64,000 bases of DNA, from positions 1 through 64,000 of the forward strand of contig MU271377.1 in NCBI GenBank assembly GCA_021432655.1. The letters are read 5' to 3'. The notes under the pieces are model-generated. The model was not told where the DNA came from and did not search any database. It was given only the letters and a program-made list of their open reading frames with translations. This document shows, one piece after another, positions 27,774 through 41,316 of the stretch. The stretch comes from Atractiella rhizophila. Lineage: Eukaryota. Position 1 is the first letter of the stretch. Every line of letters starts with the position of its first letter. The position numbers and the translations under genes are program-made.

Positions 27774-29900
27774 CGCTTGTTCAACTATTACAAAGGAGAA
27801 TAAAAGGCAGCAAATATGCCATCGAAATTTGAAGCGTTGCTTCTTCTGTGTGGTAAAATGAATGCTACACAACGCCGAGGATTCCATGTTGCCATGAACC
27901 ACAGTATCTAATTGGCAGCTGACGGTGCGAATTTGCATACCAGAAGCAACCAACACCAGACTCTAACAATTTGGGTCTCCATTGCTTCTGTCGCCGAGTC
28001 TTTCATCGAATGCAAATGACAACAGAGATTTTGTTGGAGGTATCAAATATTCTCTTTGTACAATTAATGATTCCACACACCCTGGTTTAGGAGTGCTGTA
28101 ATGCCTTTCTTGATGATTTATTTGATGCAAGATTGCAGGACTACTCCTCCATCTCGTAGTGCACGATCACGATGCCCGATGGGTAAAAGACGCCGGACGC
28201 AGGCGTGAAGCCGCCTGAGAAGACCCTCCTATCTATTCTTTCGGACTTACTGTAAGCTGTACCTTTTCTGTCTCACAGTCCCTAATAGTGCTCTAGCCTT
28301 TCCATCCATCAACGACAACCAAGAAGCGGAATGTTCCGGTGACTCAGAAACGATTCTTTTCTGTTGTGGTGTGGTGTAACCAACTCATGGACCAGCAGGA
28401 GTTAACAACGACTGACGACGAAGTGAGATGGGGTTCATTCGAGGCAGGAGATGTTAAAGTGCGCAAGCTGAGCATGAAAACTAAGGACGTATGTCATTTC
28501 GATCGGACCTCCTCTGAATGTTTCTGCAACCCCATTCTACCTCTCGGAGCTCGGAGGATCCAGCTGCACTTCGCAACTGCGGATCGTCGCGCCACACTTT
28601 GAGCCTGTTTCCGTCGACTTCGGTTCATGTTTGCTCGTAATCGCTCTCACACCTTGAAGCCTAATCAGAAGTAGTTTGTTTCCTTTGTAACGATGTTCTT
28701 TCGTCCTTCTATCCCCAACCAAGTGTGCTAGTAGCTCTCCTTTCTTAACTGCCTGCGCCATGTTTCATCAATGTGCGCAGATGCATTCAGTGAAAAAGGT
28801 GACGCTATCTCATCAGCATGAAGTCACGCGTGTTTCTACAACTACAAACTTCTATAAATAAAGCCCCAGACAAACGCATCATTCTCTGCTCCCGACGTTT
28901 CTTAGAACCCAGATAATTCACTGAGACAGTCAAGATGTTCGCTGGCTTGACATCAAAGTGAAGGAGACGGGTTGCGTGCCCGCCGGTTTTGTCATCGGCA
29001 ACACATCTCCAACTCTACGTTTCGGGTCGCCATGTAATTCAAATTTCATATAGCATGTTTTCGCTTCGATCACTTCCTGAGTTCCTTGACATAACAAACA
29101 AAGCTCGCAGAACATCGAATTGAAATGTGGCGGTGTAACGAGAGCATCACGAATCGAGCTAATCAAGAGCGAGAGTGAGATCAGGACTGATCTTTGAATT
29201 GAATATATTGTCAAGAGCCAGGAAACTTCAAGTTGCAGCCCGAGTGGAAGCGTCTATCTTTCTTGCACAGAAGGTGTAGAAACAGGCTGTCGACTCATGT
29301 GTCTCCTGTGTAGAACGAAGTACAACAAAGTTTATTTCTGTTCTCGCCAGGCATTACTGGAGGCTACTTGCAAAGTAGTTCTAGATTTGGGGTGCAGAAC
29401 GTGAACGAGTGAACCTCAAAGCTAAATGTTAAGTCATGACTGTTCGTGCTCCCCGAATCAAATTGGAGCGGACGCTCTACGCCTCTGGAGAATGGCAATG
29501 ATGATGATTTTCGATACCGCCGAGCTCAGTTCCGCGGAGGTGGAGGAGTCGACTGCTTCCGTACATCCAATAGGTGGTTCAATTGCTGATAACAACCGAT
29601 AGCGAGACAAGCGTTCCATCCACGCGGCGCATGTGATTGGCCTTACCTTTATGAATGTATGAGCGCAGCTGATGGTTGCCGTCATCAATGAGGAAGAGAT
29701 CAATAGTTACCGTTAGGTGAAGCACCTCATGGTTTGGTCAGGCTTGTTACCATGAAGCAAGCGTCAAATTTGTCCACTTTGCCGCACGTTAGGCCCGCGA
29801 TCCAATCCGCGCCGGAGTTGGGAGCCTTGTGGAATGTATTTTCGACCAAAGAACACTTTCAGGTCTTTCTGACTTGTCCGAGCTCATTCGATGCGACCGG

Positions 29901-29910
29901 GTATATAAAA
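29901..29910 (+). promoter_or_regulatory. TATA box candidate
   Basis: gTATATAAAA about 175 nt before the F-box ATG. The paralog has TATAAAA at 39964 at similar spacing. Confidence 0.5.
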
Positions 29911-30076
29911 GCCCTCAGTTGACATCTTGTCTCCGCAACCTCTCAAAAGCCACATTCGTCCGTCCATATAACGGTTCTACAAAAACAGTCTTCTAGAACT
30001 GAACTCTTCAGTTTCTTTCTTATCTAACCAGCACCGCCCCCATACAACCACCGCGACGTTCAACTCTACTTGGGAC

Positions 30077-31272
30077 ATGGACTCGCTTGAATTGTGGATG
30101 TCCAATCGTCCCGACTTGCCAGTGCGTTCCAGCTTTGTGTTCCCTTGCAACATTAGCTTAGTGTCTGAAGTTTCGATTAGGACGATCCTCGAAGGACGAA
30201 ATTTCTTCCAGTCGAATTGTTTCGACATGTGCTATCTTTCCTCACCACGATCGAGCTCGTACCCGTCTCGCTAGCTTGCAGAGCGTGGAACCGATGCGCC
30301 GAATCTTTCATGTACTCCTCCGTTTCCCTCAGCACGTCGATAGAGACGGCCAAGCTCGCCGCCACCTTAGAGAACAGGATCTACCTCACACATTGGGTAT
30401 CATCCGTTTCATTAGGAACGAAACCTTCGGATAAGCTGGAAAGGGCTCATCTGGAGAGATGGGAGAGCGTGTTGGCGATCTGTCCTAATGTCAGGACGCT
30501 GCATTTCAAGCGAGGAGTCGAACAGGACACCTGTATCAAACTCATGAGACCTTTCTCACAGAATCTGCTTGAAATCTCCATCGACGAAACCACGCTCCAA
30601 CATCGAAAAGGAGTTGTCAATTCAACAAATCTTTTGGGGTATTGCCTCGGTCTTCCAAATCTCCAAAAGCTTTCGGTTACCAGGATCAATCTTCCGCTGT
30701 CCCTCTCTCCTACACCAATAGCCCCTCTCCAACGCCTGACTTGGATCGACTACTCTGCTACCTCAATCTTACCAGCCATTCTTAATGCATGTGGAAGCAC
30801 GTTATTATACCTCCACCTCGCCCGTCTCGCCTTTCCAATTTCGCGGATTGAGGACGCGTCGATACGCGACCTTCGAATCGCTTTACGCCAACTACACAGA
30901 CTCGAGGAGTTTACTTTCGAACCTAATCCTTACTCCGGCGTCGCGGGAGCCATGGACAATCTCGTTAGTGACGTCTCGATGATCAGAAGGCTCAAATGTG
31001 GACGTAGGAGCTACACACGAGCTCTGCTTCAGAAGCTTCCAGATGGTTTAGAAATGCTAGAGCTCGAGGCAACCAAGGAGACGGGCGAGATGGTGGCGGA
31101 GGAACTAATTCAGAGAGGGAAAAAGGAAATCAAAGAGATTGCTCTTGTGCGTGGTGACAAAGGTCCACTTCGAGATGTCAGGAAAGAGTTCAGGTTGGAA
31201 AGGCTTGAGACGGTGTGCGCTATGCTGGATGTACGTTTCGTGATTTTAGGGCATCCTACATTTCCTCGTTGA
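30077..31272 (+). CDS. F-box protein with LRR/RNI-like C-terminus; one intron
   Basis: LPVELFRHVLSFL...VSLACRAWNRCAESFMYSSV; CPNVRTL, LPNLQKLSV. Confidence 0.75.
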
Positions 31273-31640
31273 GGATTAGTTTTTGCATATTTAGCAATTT
31301 GACATGTTAGGATATGTTTTGTTTTGTGTGTCATAGAAGTTGTTCGCATTGTATAGTCCTTTATTATAATTTAAGGCATCGTCATTGTAGATAGGAAGTT
31401 TGAGAAACAGCAGACAGGAGAAATACATTCCGAGTCTGATGCATTTTGCTGCCGCCTATCAACATTTTCTTCACGATTATCACCTCTCCTTGGAAGTCCT
31501 AATTCCTTTATGCAGTAAATGGACTGGGAGATTGGTAGGTGTCGCCTATCGGCTCGTTTATCATATAAGATTGGACTTGATTTAAGGAGGAAGGCAAAGC
31601 TGAACGAACTTCAAGTTGACACCACCAGGATTCAGTAAGG

Positions 31641-32983
31641 ATGAGGATGCAGCGCCTCTCAGCCAATCTACGGAAACTTTCTACTTCGACTCTAGGCAAA
31701 TTAAGGAAAGAGCTTTCAGTCCTTGGACGTCGAGCCGTGATGATATCCACAGACGATGCAAGCACTATCCTTTAACTCATCTACTAGTGTTGAGCTCTGA
31801 CCAATCGATCCAGTCAGCCAGTCAATCAGCGAATGATGTTGCAGTACCCATCTCAACAAACCGAGCCTACATTCCACTCCCGCTCGAGATATTTTTACAA
31901 ATTATTGAGTACCTAGAAATGAGGGATCTCTTAGCTGTCACTTCGACCTGCAAAACGTGGTCAATATCATCTGAACCTCGACTTTACGAAAACCTGCGCA
32001 TACAGTTGCGGACTGTCTACCCGTTCTGGGCGACCGATCTGAAGGCTCTATCTGCCGCCTTTTCTCGTCGCCCCGAGCGTGCGAAGTTTGTGAAAGGAAT
32101 AATTCTAGGCTTTGGGCAAGTCTCATTGCTCTCGGATTGGCTGTGCCTGCTTTCCGGCTGTCCCAATATCCGATTTCTACAAATACAGCTAACATGGCTC
32201 TCTGATGAGGAGGCGCTTACTCTGCTTTCCACATTTTCTAGCAACCTTTTAGGCTTAGATTTTTCGGCATTCCCGAGGCCAAAGAACGAAGTCTCTGACA
32301 TTTTAACGACCTGCCTATCCCTGAAGAAACTTAAGACTCTCACGTTATCCGATATCAGATTCCCGAAGGACCCAGTCATGCCAGTTCCTATAGCTCCTCT
32401 CGAACGTCTTGCTTGGCATATCAGCGACATTGACCCAATCCTGCTGGAAGTCTTACAGTCGACACGTCACACTCTGCTCCGCTTACATCTCACCTTCATC
32501 AACTTAGTTGATCATCTCCAGCTGTCGAGACAGCTGCAAGAAGTTTTGGGGATGCTCAGGCTGCTTCGTGACTTCGGATTGTCGTATTCGTCCCTACGTG
32601 GACCTACTCATCCATTCATGGACGAGCTCGTTTACGGTCTCCGAAATCTTGAAGTGCTCCGGTGCAATGGATCGTCGTTTTCGAAGGACATGCTGTATCG
32701 TCTACCAGAAAGTCTTCAGGTGCTTGAGCTGGCTTGGATAACCAGATGTGAACATGACTATAGCACATCTATTGGGCATCATTTGGAGGCGATGCTACGA
32801 CTTCAAGGGAAGAGAAAGCTGAAGCAGATATGCCTTGTGGCTGATAGGGGGACGAGAGATCCTTTACAGTTGGAAGGATTGGAAAGTTTATGTGCGCAAA
32901 AGGGCATAGGATTGGTGATTCTCAACCAACTTCGTGTTCATCCTTTGCCTGGCAGGCTAGGTCGTGAATTGACAATGTTCTGA
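31641..32983 (+). CDS. F-box protein with LRR/RNI-like C-terminus (start approximate)
   Basis: LPLEIFLQIIEYL..DLLAVTSTCKTW...LYENL; CPNIRFL, LRNLEVL. Confidence 0.8.
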
Positions 32984-34744
32984 AATTTTGACATTGGAAA
33001 CAAGGCAATAACTAACTATATACCCTTGGCGTTGCATGGTGGGATGCCCCGATGACTCATAAAACTGACTCTCTCTAATAGGTGATTTATGGGCAAACGG
33101 TAACTGATCCATTACTCCCACGATCGTTAATGCATTACTCATGAATGGGCTGCAGTAATCACTGTATGATGCAATGCAAATCCTCCCGCCAGAGCTGCTC
33201 GAGATCATCTTCCACCAAGCAACACGAGAGCTTTCAGTCCTTGGACGTCGAGCCGTGATGATATCCACAGACGATGCAAGCACTATCCTTTAACTCATCT
33301 ACTAGTGTTGAGCTCTGACCAACCGATCCAGTCAGCCAGTCAATCAGCGAATGATGTTGCAGTACTCATCTCAACAAACCGAGCCTACATTCCACTCCCG
33401 CTCGAGATATTTTTACAAATTATTGAGTACCTAGAAACGAGCGATCTCTTAGCTGTCGCTTTGACCTGCAAAACGTGGTCAATATCATCTGAACCTCGAC
33501 TTTACGAAAACCTGGGCATACAGTTGCGGACTGTCTACCCGTTCTGGGCGACCGATCTCAAGGCTCTATCTGCTGCTTTTCTCCGTCGCCCCGAGCGTGC
33601 GAAGTTTGTGAAAGGAATAATTCTAGGCTTTGGGCAAGCCTCATCGCTCTCGGATTGGCTGTGCCTGCTTTCCGGTTGCCCCAATATCCGATTTCTACAG
33701 ATACAGCTAACATGGCTCTCTGATGAGGAGGCGGTTACTCTGCTTTCCACATTTTCTAGCGACCTTTTAGGCTTAGATTTTTCGGCATTCCCGAGGCCAA
33801 GGAACGAAGTCTCTGATATTTTAACGACCTGCCTATCCCTGAAGAAACTTAAGACTCTCACGTTAGCCGATATCAGGTTCCCGAAGGGCCCAGTCATGCC
33901 AGTTCCTATAACTCCTCTCGAACGTCTTGCTTGGCATATCAGCGACATCGACCCAATCCTGCTGGAAGTCTTACAGTCGACACGTCACACTCTGGTCCGC
34001 TTACATCTCACCTTCATCAACTTAGTTGATCATCTCCAGCTGTCGAGACGGCTGCAAGAAGTTTTGGGGATGCTCAGACTACTTCGTGACTTCGGATTGT
34101 CGTATTCGTCCATAAGGGGACCTACTCATCCATTCATGGACGAGCTCGTTTACGGTCTCCGAAATCTTGAAGTGCTCCGGTGTAATGGATCGTCGTTTTC
34201 GAAGGACATGCTGTATCGTCTACCCGAAAGTCTTCAGGTACTTGAGCTGGCTTGGGCAGCGAGACGTGATCATGACTATAGTACATCTATTGGTCATCAC
34301 TTGGAGGCGATGCTACGCATTCAAGGGAAGAGAAAGCTGAAGCAGATATGCCTTGTGGCTGATAGGGGGACGAGAGATCCTTTACAGTTGGAAGGATTGG
34401 AACGTTTATGTGCGCAAAAGGGGATAGGATTGGTGATTCTCAACCAACTTCGTGTGCATCCTTTGCCTGGCAGGCTAGGTCGTGAATTGACAATGTTCTG
34501 AAATTTTGACATTGGAAACAAGGCAATAACTAACTCTATACCCTTGGCATTGCATGGTGGGATGCCCCGATGACTCATGAAACTGACTCTCTCTAATAGG
34601 TGATTTATGGGCAAACGGTAACTGATCCATTACTCCCACGATCGTCAATGCATTACTCATGAATGCGCTGCAGTAATCACTGTATGATGCAATGCAAATC
34701 CTCCCGCCAGAGCTGCTCGAGATCATCTTCCACCAGGCAACACG
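31709..34744 (+). repeat. Direct tandem duplication 3: unit A 31709-33226, unit B 33227-34744 (1518 bp each)
   Basis: Junction ...caacacg|agagctttcag...; includes the first codons of the next F-box gene. Confidence 0.95.
33305..34501 (+). CDS. Second copy or allele of the F-box gene, lacking its own native 5' end
   Basis: 25 amino-acid differences from the 31641 copy over about 397 aa (hand count). Confidence 0.7.
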   Translation: MLSSDQPIQSASQSANDVAVLISTNRAYIPLPLEIFLQIIEYLETSDLLAVALTCKTWSISSEPRLYENLGIQLRTVYPFWATDLKALSAAFLRRPERAKFVKGIILGFGQASSLSDWLCLLSGCPNIRFLQIQLTWLSDEEAVTLLSTFSSDLLGLDFSAFPRPRNEVSDILTTCLSLKKLKTLTLADIRFPKGPVMPVPITPLERLAWHISDIDPILLEVLQSTRHTLVRLHLTFINLVDHLQLSRRLQEVLGMLRLLRDFGLSYSSIRGPTHPFMDELVYGLRNLEVLRCNGSSFSKDMLYRLPESLQVLELAWAARRDHDYSTSIGHHLEAMLRIQGKRKLKQICLVADRGTRDPLQLEGLERLCAQKGIGLVILNQLRVHPLPGRLGRELTMF

Positions 34745-36029
34745 CTCACTTCCGCCAGTATTCCCATACACACGCATCAATCCCTCCGTCGCACTCACCA
34801 AATCCACTGCATCCACCCACTACACCTCCGTCCTCTCTCGTTCCGCCGATCCCCGTTCGCGTCTGTTCTCCTCCTTTTCCCTCGTCCATCCCACCTGGGC
34901 ATACGTCGCTCGGCCGCTCCTCTTTCGTGAGATCATCCTCTGGTCCGCCGCCCACGCCCTCTTCTTCGCTCAGAACCAGGGAACATGGAACACGTGCTGC
35001 AGGAAACTCACTGTTGCGTTCTTCATGCAGCCACCATTTGATCCATCCATCCAAGTCAGGAAACTGCTCATCTCTATCCTCCGCGCTCTGGAATGTTTAG
35101 ACCACATAGTGCTGGATTTCTCGGCTCACGGAGACTGGATATCACCACAAGTCATACTGGACACACTCAACGCAGTGAGGACGCATGGCCCCCGTCATCC
35201 GTTCACGCTCGAGATAAGACAACCGCCGAGGATCTCGGAGTCTCAGTGGGGGAAGAATCACATCGTGCGAATGGAGAACATAGAGCGTGTCCAGCCTATG
35301 TTAGGAGCGATCAAGAATGTACACGAGCTGATCCTACGCGAGGCTCCTTGGGCTCACAATTCTACTGCTGGAGAAGGACAACGCTCAGATTTATCCTCGC
35401 TCTCGCTGAGCCTTTTACCCCTTTTCTCCCTCCCGCATCCTCCAAAGACCGCCGTCCGCCTGAACCCTGTCAAACTGACCATTTCCCAATCCTCCACTCG
35501 TCTTTCCATCCTCCATGCCTTCACCCACTCTTCGTCCCCGCCGAGGATCCAACACCTAGCTATCGGCCCCATCTACCACCTCCTCACCTCCTCCTCCCGC
35601 TCTCTCATCCAAACTTTCGCTCCCATCTCTTCCAACCTCAAATCTCTCTCTCTGCATGTGGAAAGCTACCAAACCACCCAACTGGAAAACTTCAGCACAA
35701 CCTTCATATCCCTTCGATTTCCGCTACTCCGAAGCCTAGAATTGAAGGGGTACACATTCATACATTCCATTTCTACTTCCTCTTCTAGGCCAAATCCAAG
35801 AATTGAATTGTTCAGGTCGTTGCCTCCCAATTTGGAGGAACTGAAGATCGCTGGTGCGGTGGAACACGTCGATGTAGACGTGCGTCAACTATTACAAGAG
35901 GTCAACCAGGCTCCGTTGCACAGTCTGAGGGCTTTTGGGTTGTTCACTGAGGAAGAAGGAGAGCAGGAGTTGGTGTTGGAGCTTTGTGCCAAGGGAGAGT
36001 GGAGAAGGTTAATAGTTGACCGGATTTAG
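34692..36029 (+). CDS. F-box-like protein, intronless
   Basis: LPPELLEIIFH...FSLVHPTWAYVARPLLFREIIL; LRR-like NLKSLSL, LRSLEL, LPPNLEEL. Confidence 0.7.
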   Translation: MQILPPELLEIIFHQATRSLPPVFPYTRINPSVALTKSTASTHYTSVLSRSADPRSRLFSSFSLVHPTWAYVARPLLFREIILWSAAHALFFAQNQGTWNTCCRKLTVAFFMQPPFDPSIQVRKLLISILRALECLDHIVLDFSAHGDWISPQVILDTLNAVRTHGPRHPFTLEIRQPPRISESQWGKNHIVRMENIERVQPMLGAIKNVHELILREAPWAHNSTAGEGQRSDLSSLSLSLLPLFSLPHPPKTAVRLNPVKLTISQSSTRLSILHAFTHSSSPPRIQHLAIGPIYHLLTSSSRSLIQTFAPISSNLKSLSLHVESYQTTQLENFSTTFISLRFPLLRSLELKGYTFIHSISTSSSRPNPRIELFRSLPPNLEELKIAGAVEHVDVDVRQLLQEVNQAPLHSLRAFGLFTEEEGEQELVLELCAKGEWRRLIVDRI

Positions 36030-36149
36030 GTATCTTCTGTGATGCGCTCTTGATATACTGTGGAAGAAGTGTGTACAATGATACCTTTTGAATCTTTACT
36101 TTACATCCACTTGCCCCTACTACTGTTCGTACCCACGTTGATGACAGCT

Positions 36150-37865
36150 TCATTGGGCGATCTTGACAATCAACTTGCCTGTCGTCCCTCTTCCGGCTAA
36201 AGCGCAACAGTTAAAACGCTTAAGAGCACGATGGAAGAGCATACTGATGTCAGTCTGGGTAGCCCTGATGCCTTCTGTCGTGAACGGATACTCCTTGTGG
36301 ACGTTGAGCTTGATCACTCCGTCTTTGATGTACTTGAACACCTTGTCCGCGTAGTACTGGTATTCCTCGCGCGTGTGCACGTACCAGGTCACGGTGGGAC
36401 GAGCGACTGTGCATTATCGTCAATTATTTTGGATACTTCGTGGCTGGGAAGGAGGAAGCGACGCACATTTGAGATTCTTCAGTGCCAGTCGAGCTGGAAC
36501 AACAGGGGGTGCTGCACCAGAAGCGTTACCGAATGAGATGAAGCTCCCTTTCCGTCTCAACACCTGTTACCCACTTCTGTCAACCGGGACGTCTCTGTGA
36601 TTCGAAGAGCGAGAAATCAGACCTCGAAATTCTCCTCGAACGTATCCTTTCCCACTCCATCAAACCTATCCGACCAACCCATCCATCCATCAGTCATGAA
36701 CGCTTTGCACTCTCTTAAAGCAGAGGAGGGTAAGAAAGGTGGACTCACACGACGTGCACCCCCGCATCGACCCCTTCACCACCTGTGATCGCTTTGATCT
36801 TCTTCGTAATGTCGGAATACGGTTCTTCGGTGTACAGAAAGACGTGGTGTGCTCCATGCTTCTTCGCCAGTTCAGCCTTCTCAGCAGAGGAGGTCGTTCC
36901 GAAGACAGTCGCGCCGAGATGGGAGCATCTAATTTGCAGTCAAACTCGTCTCTCAAGTGCAATGCAGCGGATCTTGCGTACATCTACCGCCGGCATATTC
37001 ACGCATCAGAGACGAGGAAGTGATGAAGAATGAAGAAAAGTGTCTGCTCACCTGGGACAACAGTAAACCCATGCCGCCTGCTATGGCGTGGATGAGAACG
37101 AATTGACCCTTTTGTACCTTATGCGCCTCCTCTACCAGAGTCACGGCTAGAGCGAGCATCTGAGGTGTCAGAACATCCTTTTTTGGCGACCAAACGTAAA
37201 GTACAACGCACCTGTGAGACCTTGCAGGAGAGCTGTAGCTCCCTCCTTCGTCGACACGCCCTCTGGCAACTTTGCAATCTGGTTATGCACCTTCGCGGTC
37301 GCGTATTCCGCGTACCCAGCCAGAGAACGGTTCGAGGCCACGTTGTCCCCTGTTCCCATCAATCCAACCGCTCCTCTCAGCCTTAAACCAACCTCTCCGA
37401 GTGAAAATGTGGAAGGGACAGGGGCTGACGAACCGATTTTGAAGTGCAAGGAAGACTGATCGACATCCTCACTGATCTGAACTACCCTCCCAGAGAACTC
37501 GTTCCCCAAGGTGGTCGGGAGAGCTGTCTTGTAGAGGCCGGAGCGGAAATAGTTGTCGATGTAATTTACTAATGCCATCGCAAGCAAGAAACCGTTCGAT
37601 CAGACTCGGAGGTCTAAGATATGAAAGAGAAGGACGAACCTCCAGCCCATTCCACTTTGACCAAAGCTTCGCCTGAGCCGAGAGTGGGCACAGGCACATC
37701 TACGACATTCACGACCTCCACTCCTCCAGTCTCCTTGATCTGTGCAGCTTTCATCGTTGTGGGAATTGAGGAAGAGGCCATAGTGCGAGAGTTGCGAAAC
37801 AGTAAGCGTTCAAGTTGAGGTCCGAATGATCTCCTGACTGACGTTGCTGATCGAAGAAAGCTCAT
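36150..37865 (-). CDS. ZTA1: NADPH:quinone oxidoreductase (zeta-crystallin, MDR family); multi-exon
   Basis: TMKAAQI, VNYIDNYFRSGLY, TLGNEFSG, LLQGLTA, LIHAIAGGMG, FDGVGKDTF, SFGNASG, GRGTTGKLI. Confidence 0.9.
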
Positions 37866-40127
37866 TCAAGGCTCTCTCGATAGGTGTCGAGCTGTGAAGA
37901 GGTTGCTGAAGTTGGTTTTTATAAGTTGTGGGTTTGGGTGGTGTTCCACCCTGCTAGTGGCCGGATGTGTCAGCGAAAGTGCTGATGCCATGATCAGCAC
38001 GTCTCACCCCTTCGTCCAGTCCAGCCAGCTTACTAGCTCCTTTCCAGCTCACTCGTCAAAGGCAGGCAAAGGAAGGAAGCTCATGACTGCTTCTGATGAG
38101 TTGATGCGTTGAACGAGCTCGCATGAGTCGACGGTGCATTATGACGATCCAGATGATGGACGGGAAGCACAGGAAGCAATTATGGCTTCGCCTCATTTCT
38201 CGCCTATCCTGCCTATCAGCCCTGCCTCATGACTTAGGGGAGTAAACGCAGACTGACAACGGAGTCGACTCTTCGCCCCCGAACCCGAGGATGAAAGGCG
38301 GACTAGCACTTCAGGAAAGAGACGTTATTAAATAGCGGGCGAAAAGGAAGAGAGTCGTACTCTCACTAGGAAGGAGCAGTGTCCACAGTCAGTGGCAGGT
38401 CGCGGAGTATGTGATTTCTTCGACCCCACGCATCGTCTTGTTGCTTAAAACTTTTGTCTCCTGTGGTGTTTGGCGTTCAGCCTCACATGCTCACACCTGG
38501 AGTTTGGAGCTTGGACTTGGAGCGAATATTTGAGACCAGATCAGAAGCAGTTTCATTTCGTTTCGACAGGATGTGGGTCATCTTGTTGGTGTCAATCACT
38601 TTCAGTTGTATATCTCGAACCAGAGGCTTCTGTAGCTAAACCTCAACTTTCTCTGCCGGGTGCTGCTCGTCCATCTCTTCGTTCGTTCAATCATTCAATT
38701 AGTGGATGGTTATTGGTGGGAAGCTTTCATGAGTGCACAGAATTGCATTACAGTGTTAACGTAGCCAAAAATAACACCACAGATGCGTCGTTCTGTCTAA
38801 AGTACTTTTTGCATTTCTCTAAGAGCTCAGGGCATTCACTGAGCAGTCCATGTGTTGACAGGGCGGGTGATGGAGACGGGTGCTTGTCAAATTCATTCAA
38901 AAGTCACTACATCGCCGTGCCAAACTTTGCGGTGCCGCAGGTTGAGTGTGCAGCACCTTCATCCCTCCACATTTCATTTACAGTGTCAACTGACGACCAG
39001 GACTCTGCCACCTGCATCCTCCGTCCGCGGGTCAATCTGACCCATGACCCATACAAAGGCCCAATGGCATTTTTGAAGCGGAAGGTGAAGGATGTGGTCT
39101 AGGGATATTCGGTGTTGGAGAGGATCACGTACTGTATGGAGTTTCCAAGGAGCGTGACCAGTTGCAACCACGACGGATCAATTTGAATTAACAGGTTATG
39201 AGAGCGACGAGAATACAAGAATTTTCTGTTGAACGCGTCCATCTTCATTCACATTCTTTTTGCATTGACGCGAAAGCACGGGAAGTGCAGAATAAGACTG
39301 TTTAATAACAAGTCAACTGTTCTCCGTCGTGCCCTCCATTCCTTCCCTTCGGAGGTTGTTTTTAGAGACCTTTGTTTCACTCAGACCTCTGCTTCGAGGT
39401 TCAAAGTTGAGGCATTGGACGATAAACACTGCTATGCCTGTTTGTGCTCCCAGAGTCAAATGAATGGATGGATGGGCGGACGGACGTGCAAAGTCTATCT
39501 CCATCCGTTCAGTCTTCAAGTTCGCCCTCCCCAAGCGAAGAGGAGAGCTCTGAATCAAACGTACTATGAATGAAAGGGAAAGTTCCGCCGGGAACAATTC
39601 TTTCCGCGGAGGTGGAAGAACGCCGGGACAAGCGCCCTCTTTCGGCTCAACTGTTCGATAACAGAAGCGAGTTGCAAGCGCGCAATCGACTTCATAACTC
39701 AGTTTCCGAGTTACGAGCGGATGTTTCGCCAGCGGATGTTTCGCCATCATCACCTCAGCCAAGTAGCAGTTCGCCTAGTAGTAGTTTGTGCTTTTTGTTA
39801 CTATGAACTCAGTGTCCACTTTGCAAATTATGTCCGGTCCACTCCGCTCAGTCCTTACTTACCGCAACTGGGAGGAGAGCCTGATGGACTTGTTTTTTAG
39901 AAGCAAAGTTAGAAAATTTCCGGCCTGTCCAAGTTCTTCCCTTTCTCTGTGACCCGACCAGAGTATAAAAGCTAGCTCTCGGTTCAGTTATTCCCCGCAA
40001 AAGCGTCGCAGAACACACTCAAAGTTCCAAAAGCCGAATACACTTTGTCGAGCTCGAGAAAAGCTTCTGCGAGACCAACTGATATCCTTTTTCACATTTA
40101 ACCATTGACGCTTTGTCCTCTTTCCTC

Positions 40128-41316
40128 ATGGACTCGCTTCAATTCTGGATGTCCAACCGTCCTGTCTTGCCAGTACGTTCCGCCTTTGACAGCTAGCTTG
40201 AATTTGTGTGTCTGAGTGCCTCACTAGAGCCATTCTCGAAAAGCGAAATTTCTACCTATCGAATTAGTTCGACATGTCTTATCCTTCCTCGCTACAAACG
40301 AGCTCGTCCCTGCCTCGCTAGCTTGCAGAGCATGGAATCGATGCGCCGAATCTTTCATGTACTCATCCCTTTCCCTCAGCACATCGATAGCGACCACCAA
40401 GCTTGCTGCTACCTTAGAAAGTAGGATCTACCTCACACATTGGGTATCTTCCGTTTCTCTAGGGCCGAGACCATTGGATCAACTGGATGAGGCCCACCTC
40501 TCTAGGTGGCAAAGTGTGTTAGCTATTTGCCCTAACGTCCGGACGCTACATTTCAAGCGAGGGATCGAACAAGATGTCTGTGTCAAGCTCATGCGATCCC
40601 TCTCACAGAATCTGCTCGAGATCTCCTTGGACGAGACTGGGTTCCAGCATCGCAAAGAATTCATCAATTCAACGAACCTTTTGGGTTACTGCCTTGCTCT
40701 TCCAAACCTCCAAAAACTTTCAGTCACCAGGATCAATCTTCCTCCTTCTCTCTCATATAACCCAACAGCTCCTCTCCAACGCCTCACTTGGACAGACTAC
40801 GCCCTCACCCCCATCTTAGCAACAATTCTTCATGCCTGCAGAAGCACACTGTTACGCCTCCACCTCGCTCGCCTCGCCATGTTGCCTGTCCTGACTGGCA
40901 ATTCGCTGACACACGACTTTCGACTCGCCCTACGCCAGCTGCACAACCTCGAAGAGTTTACCTTCGCCTCGAACCCCTACTCTACCACGCCAGCGATGGA
41001 CAATCTCATCCTCGACGTGCCGAAGGTCAGAAGGCTGAAATGTGGAAGGATGAGCTACACACGAGCTCTGTTTCAAAGGCTTCCAGACGGTTTGGAGACG
41101 TTGGAGATTGAAGCGATGCCCCAGACGAGCGCAATGTTCGCGGAGGAGCTAATATTAAGAGGCAAGAAGCTGATTAAAGAGATCACTCTTGTTTCTGGTG
41201 ATAAGGGCCCTCGTCGTGACGCCAGGAAGGAGCTCAAGTTGGAAAGTCTTGAAAGTGTGTGTCATGCTTTGGATGTGCGCTTAGTGGTTTTACGTGATGC
41301 TACATTTCCCAAGTAG
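40128..41316 (+). CDS. F-box/LRR-like protein, paralog of the 30077 gene
   Basis: Same MDSL..WMSNRP.LP first exon, same intron position, collinear protein. Confidence 0.8.

Noticed and set aside
27960..29750. Gene-poor tract with short ORFs, possible transposon remnant
   Set aside because: No transposase or RT motif, terminal repeats or target-site duplication seen.
38454..39806. ORFs of 210, 114 and 149 aa
   Set aside because: No family recognised, non-ATG starts, interrupted by stops.
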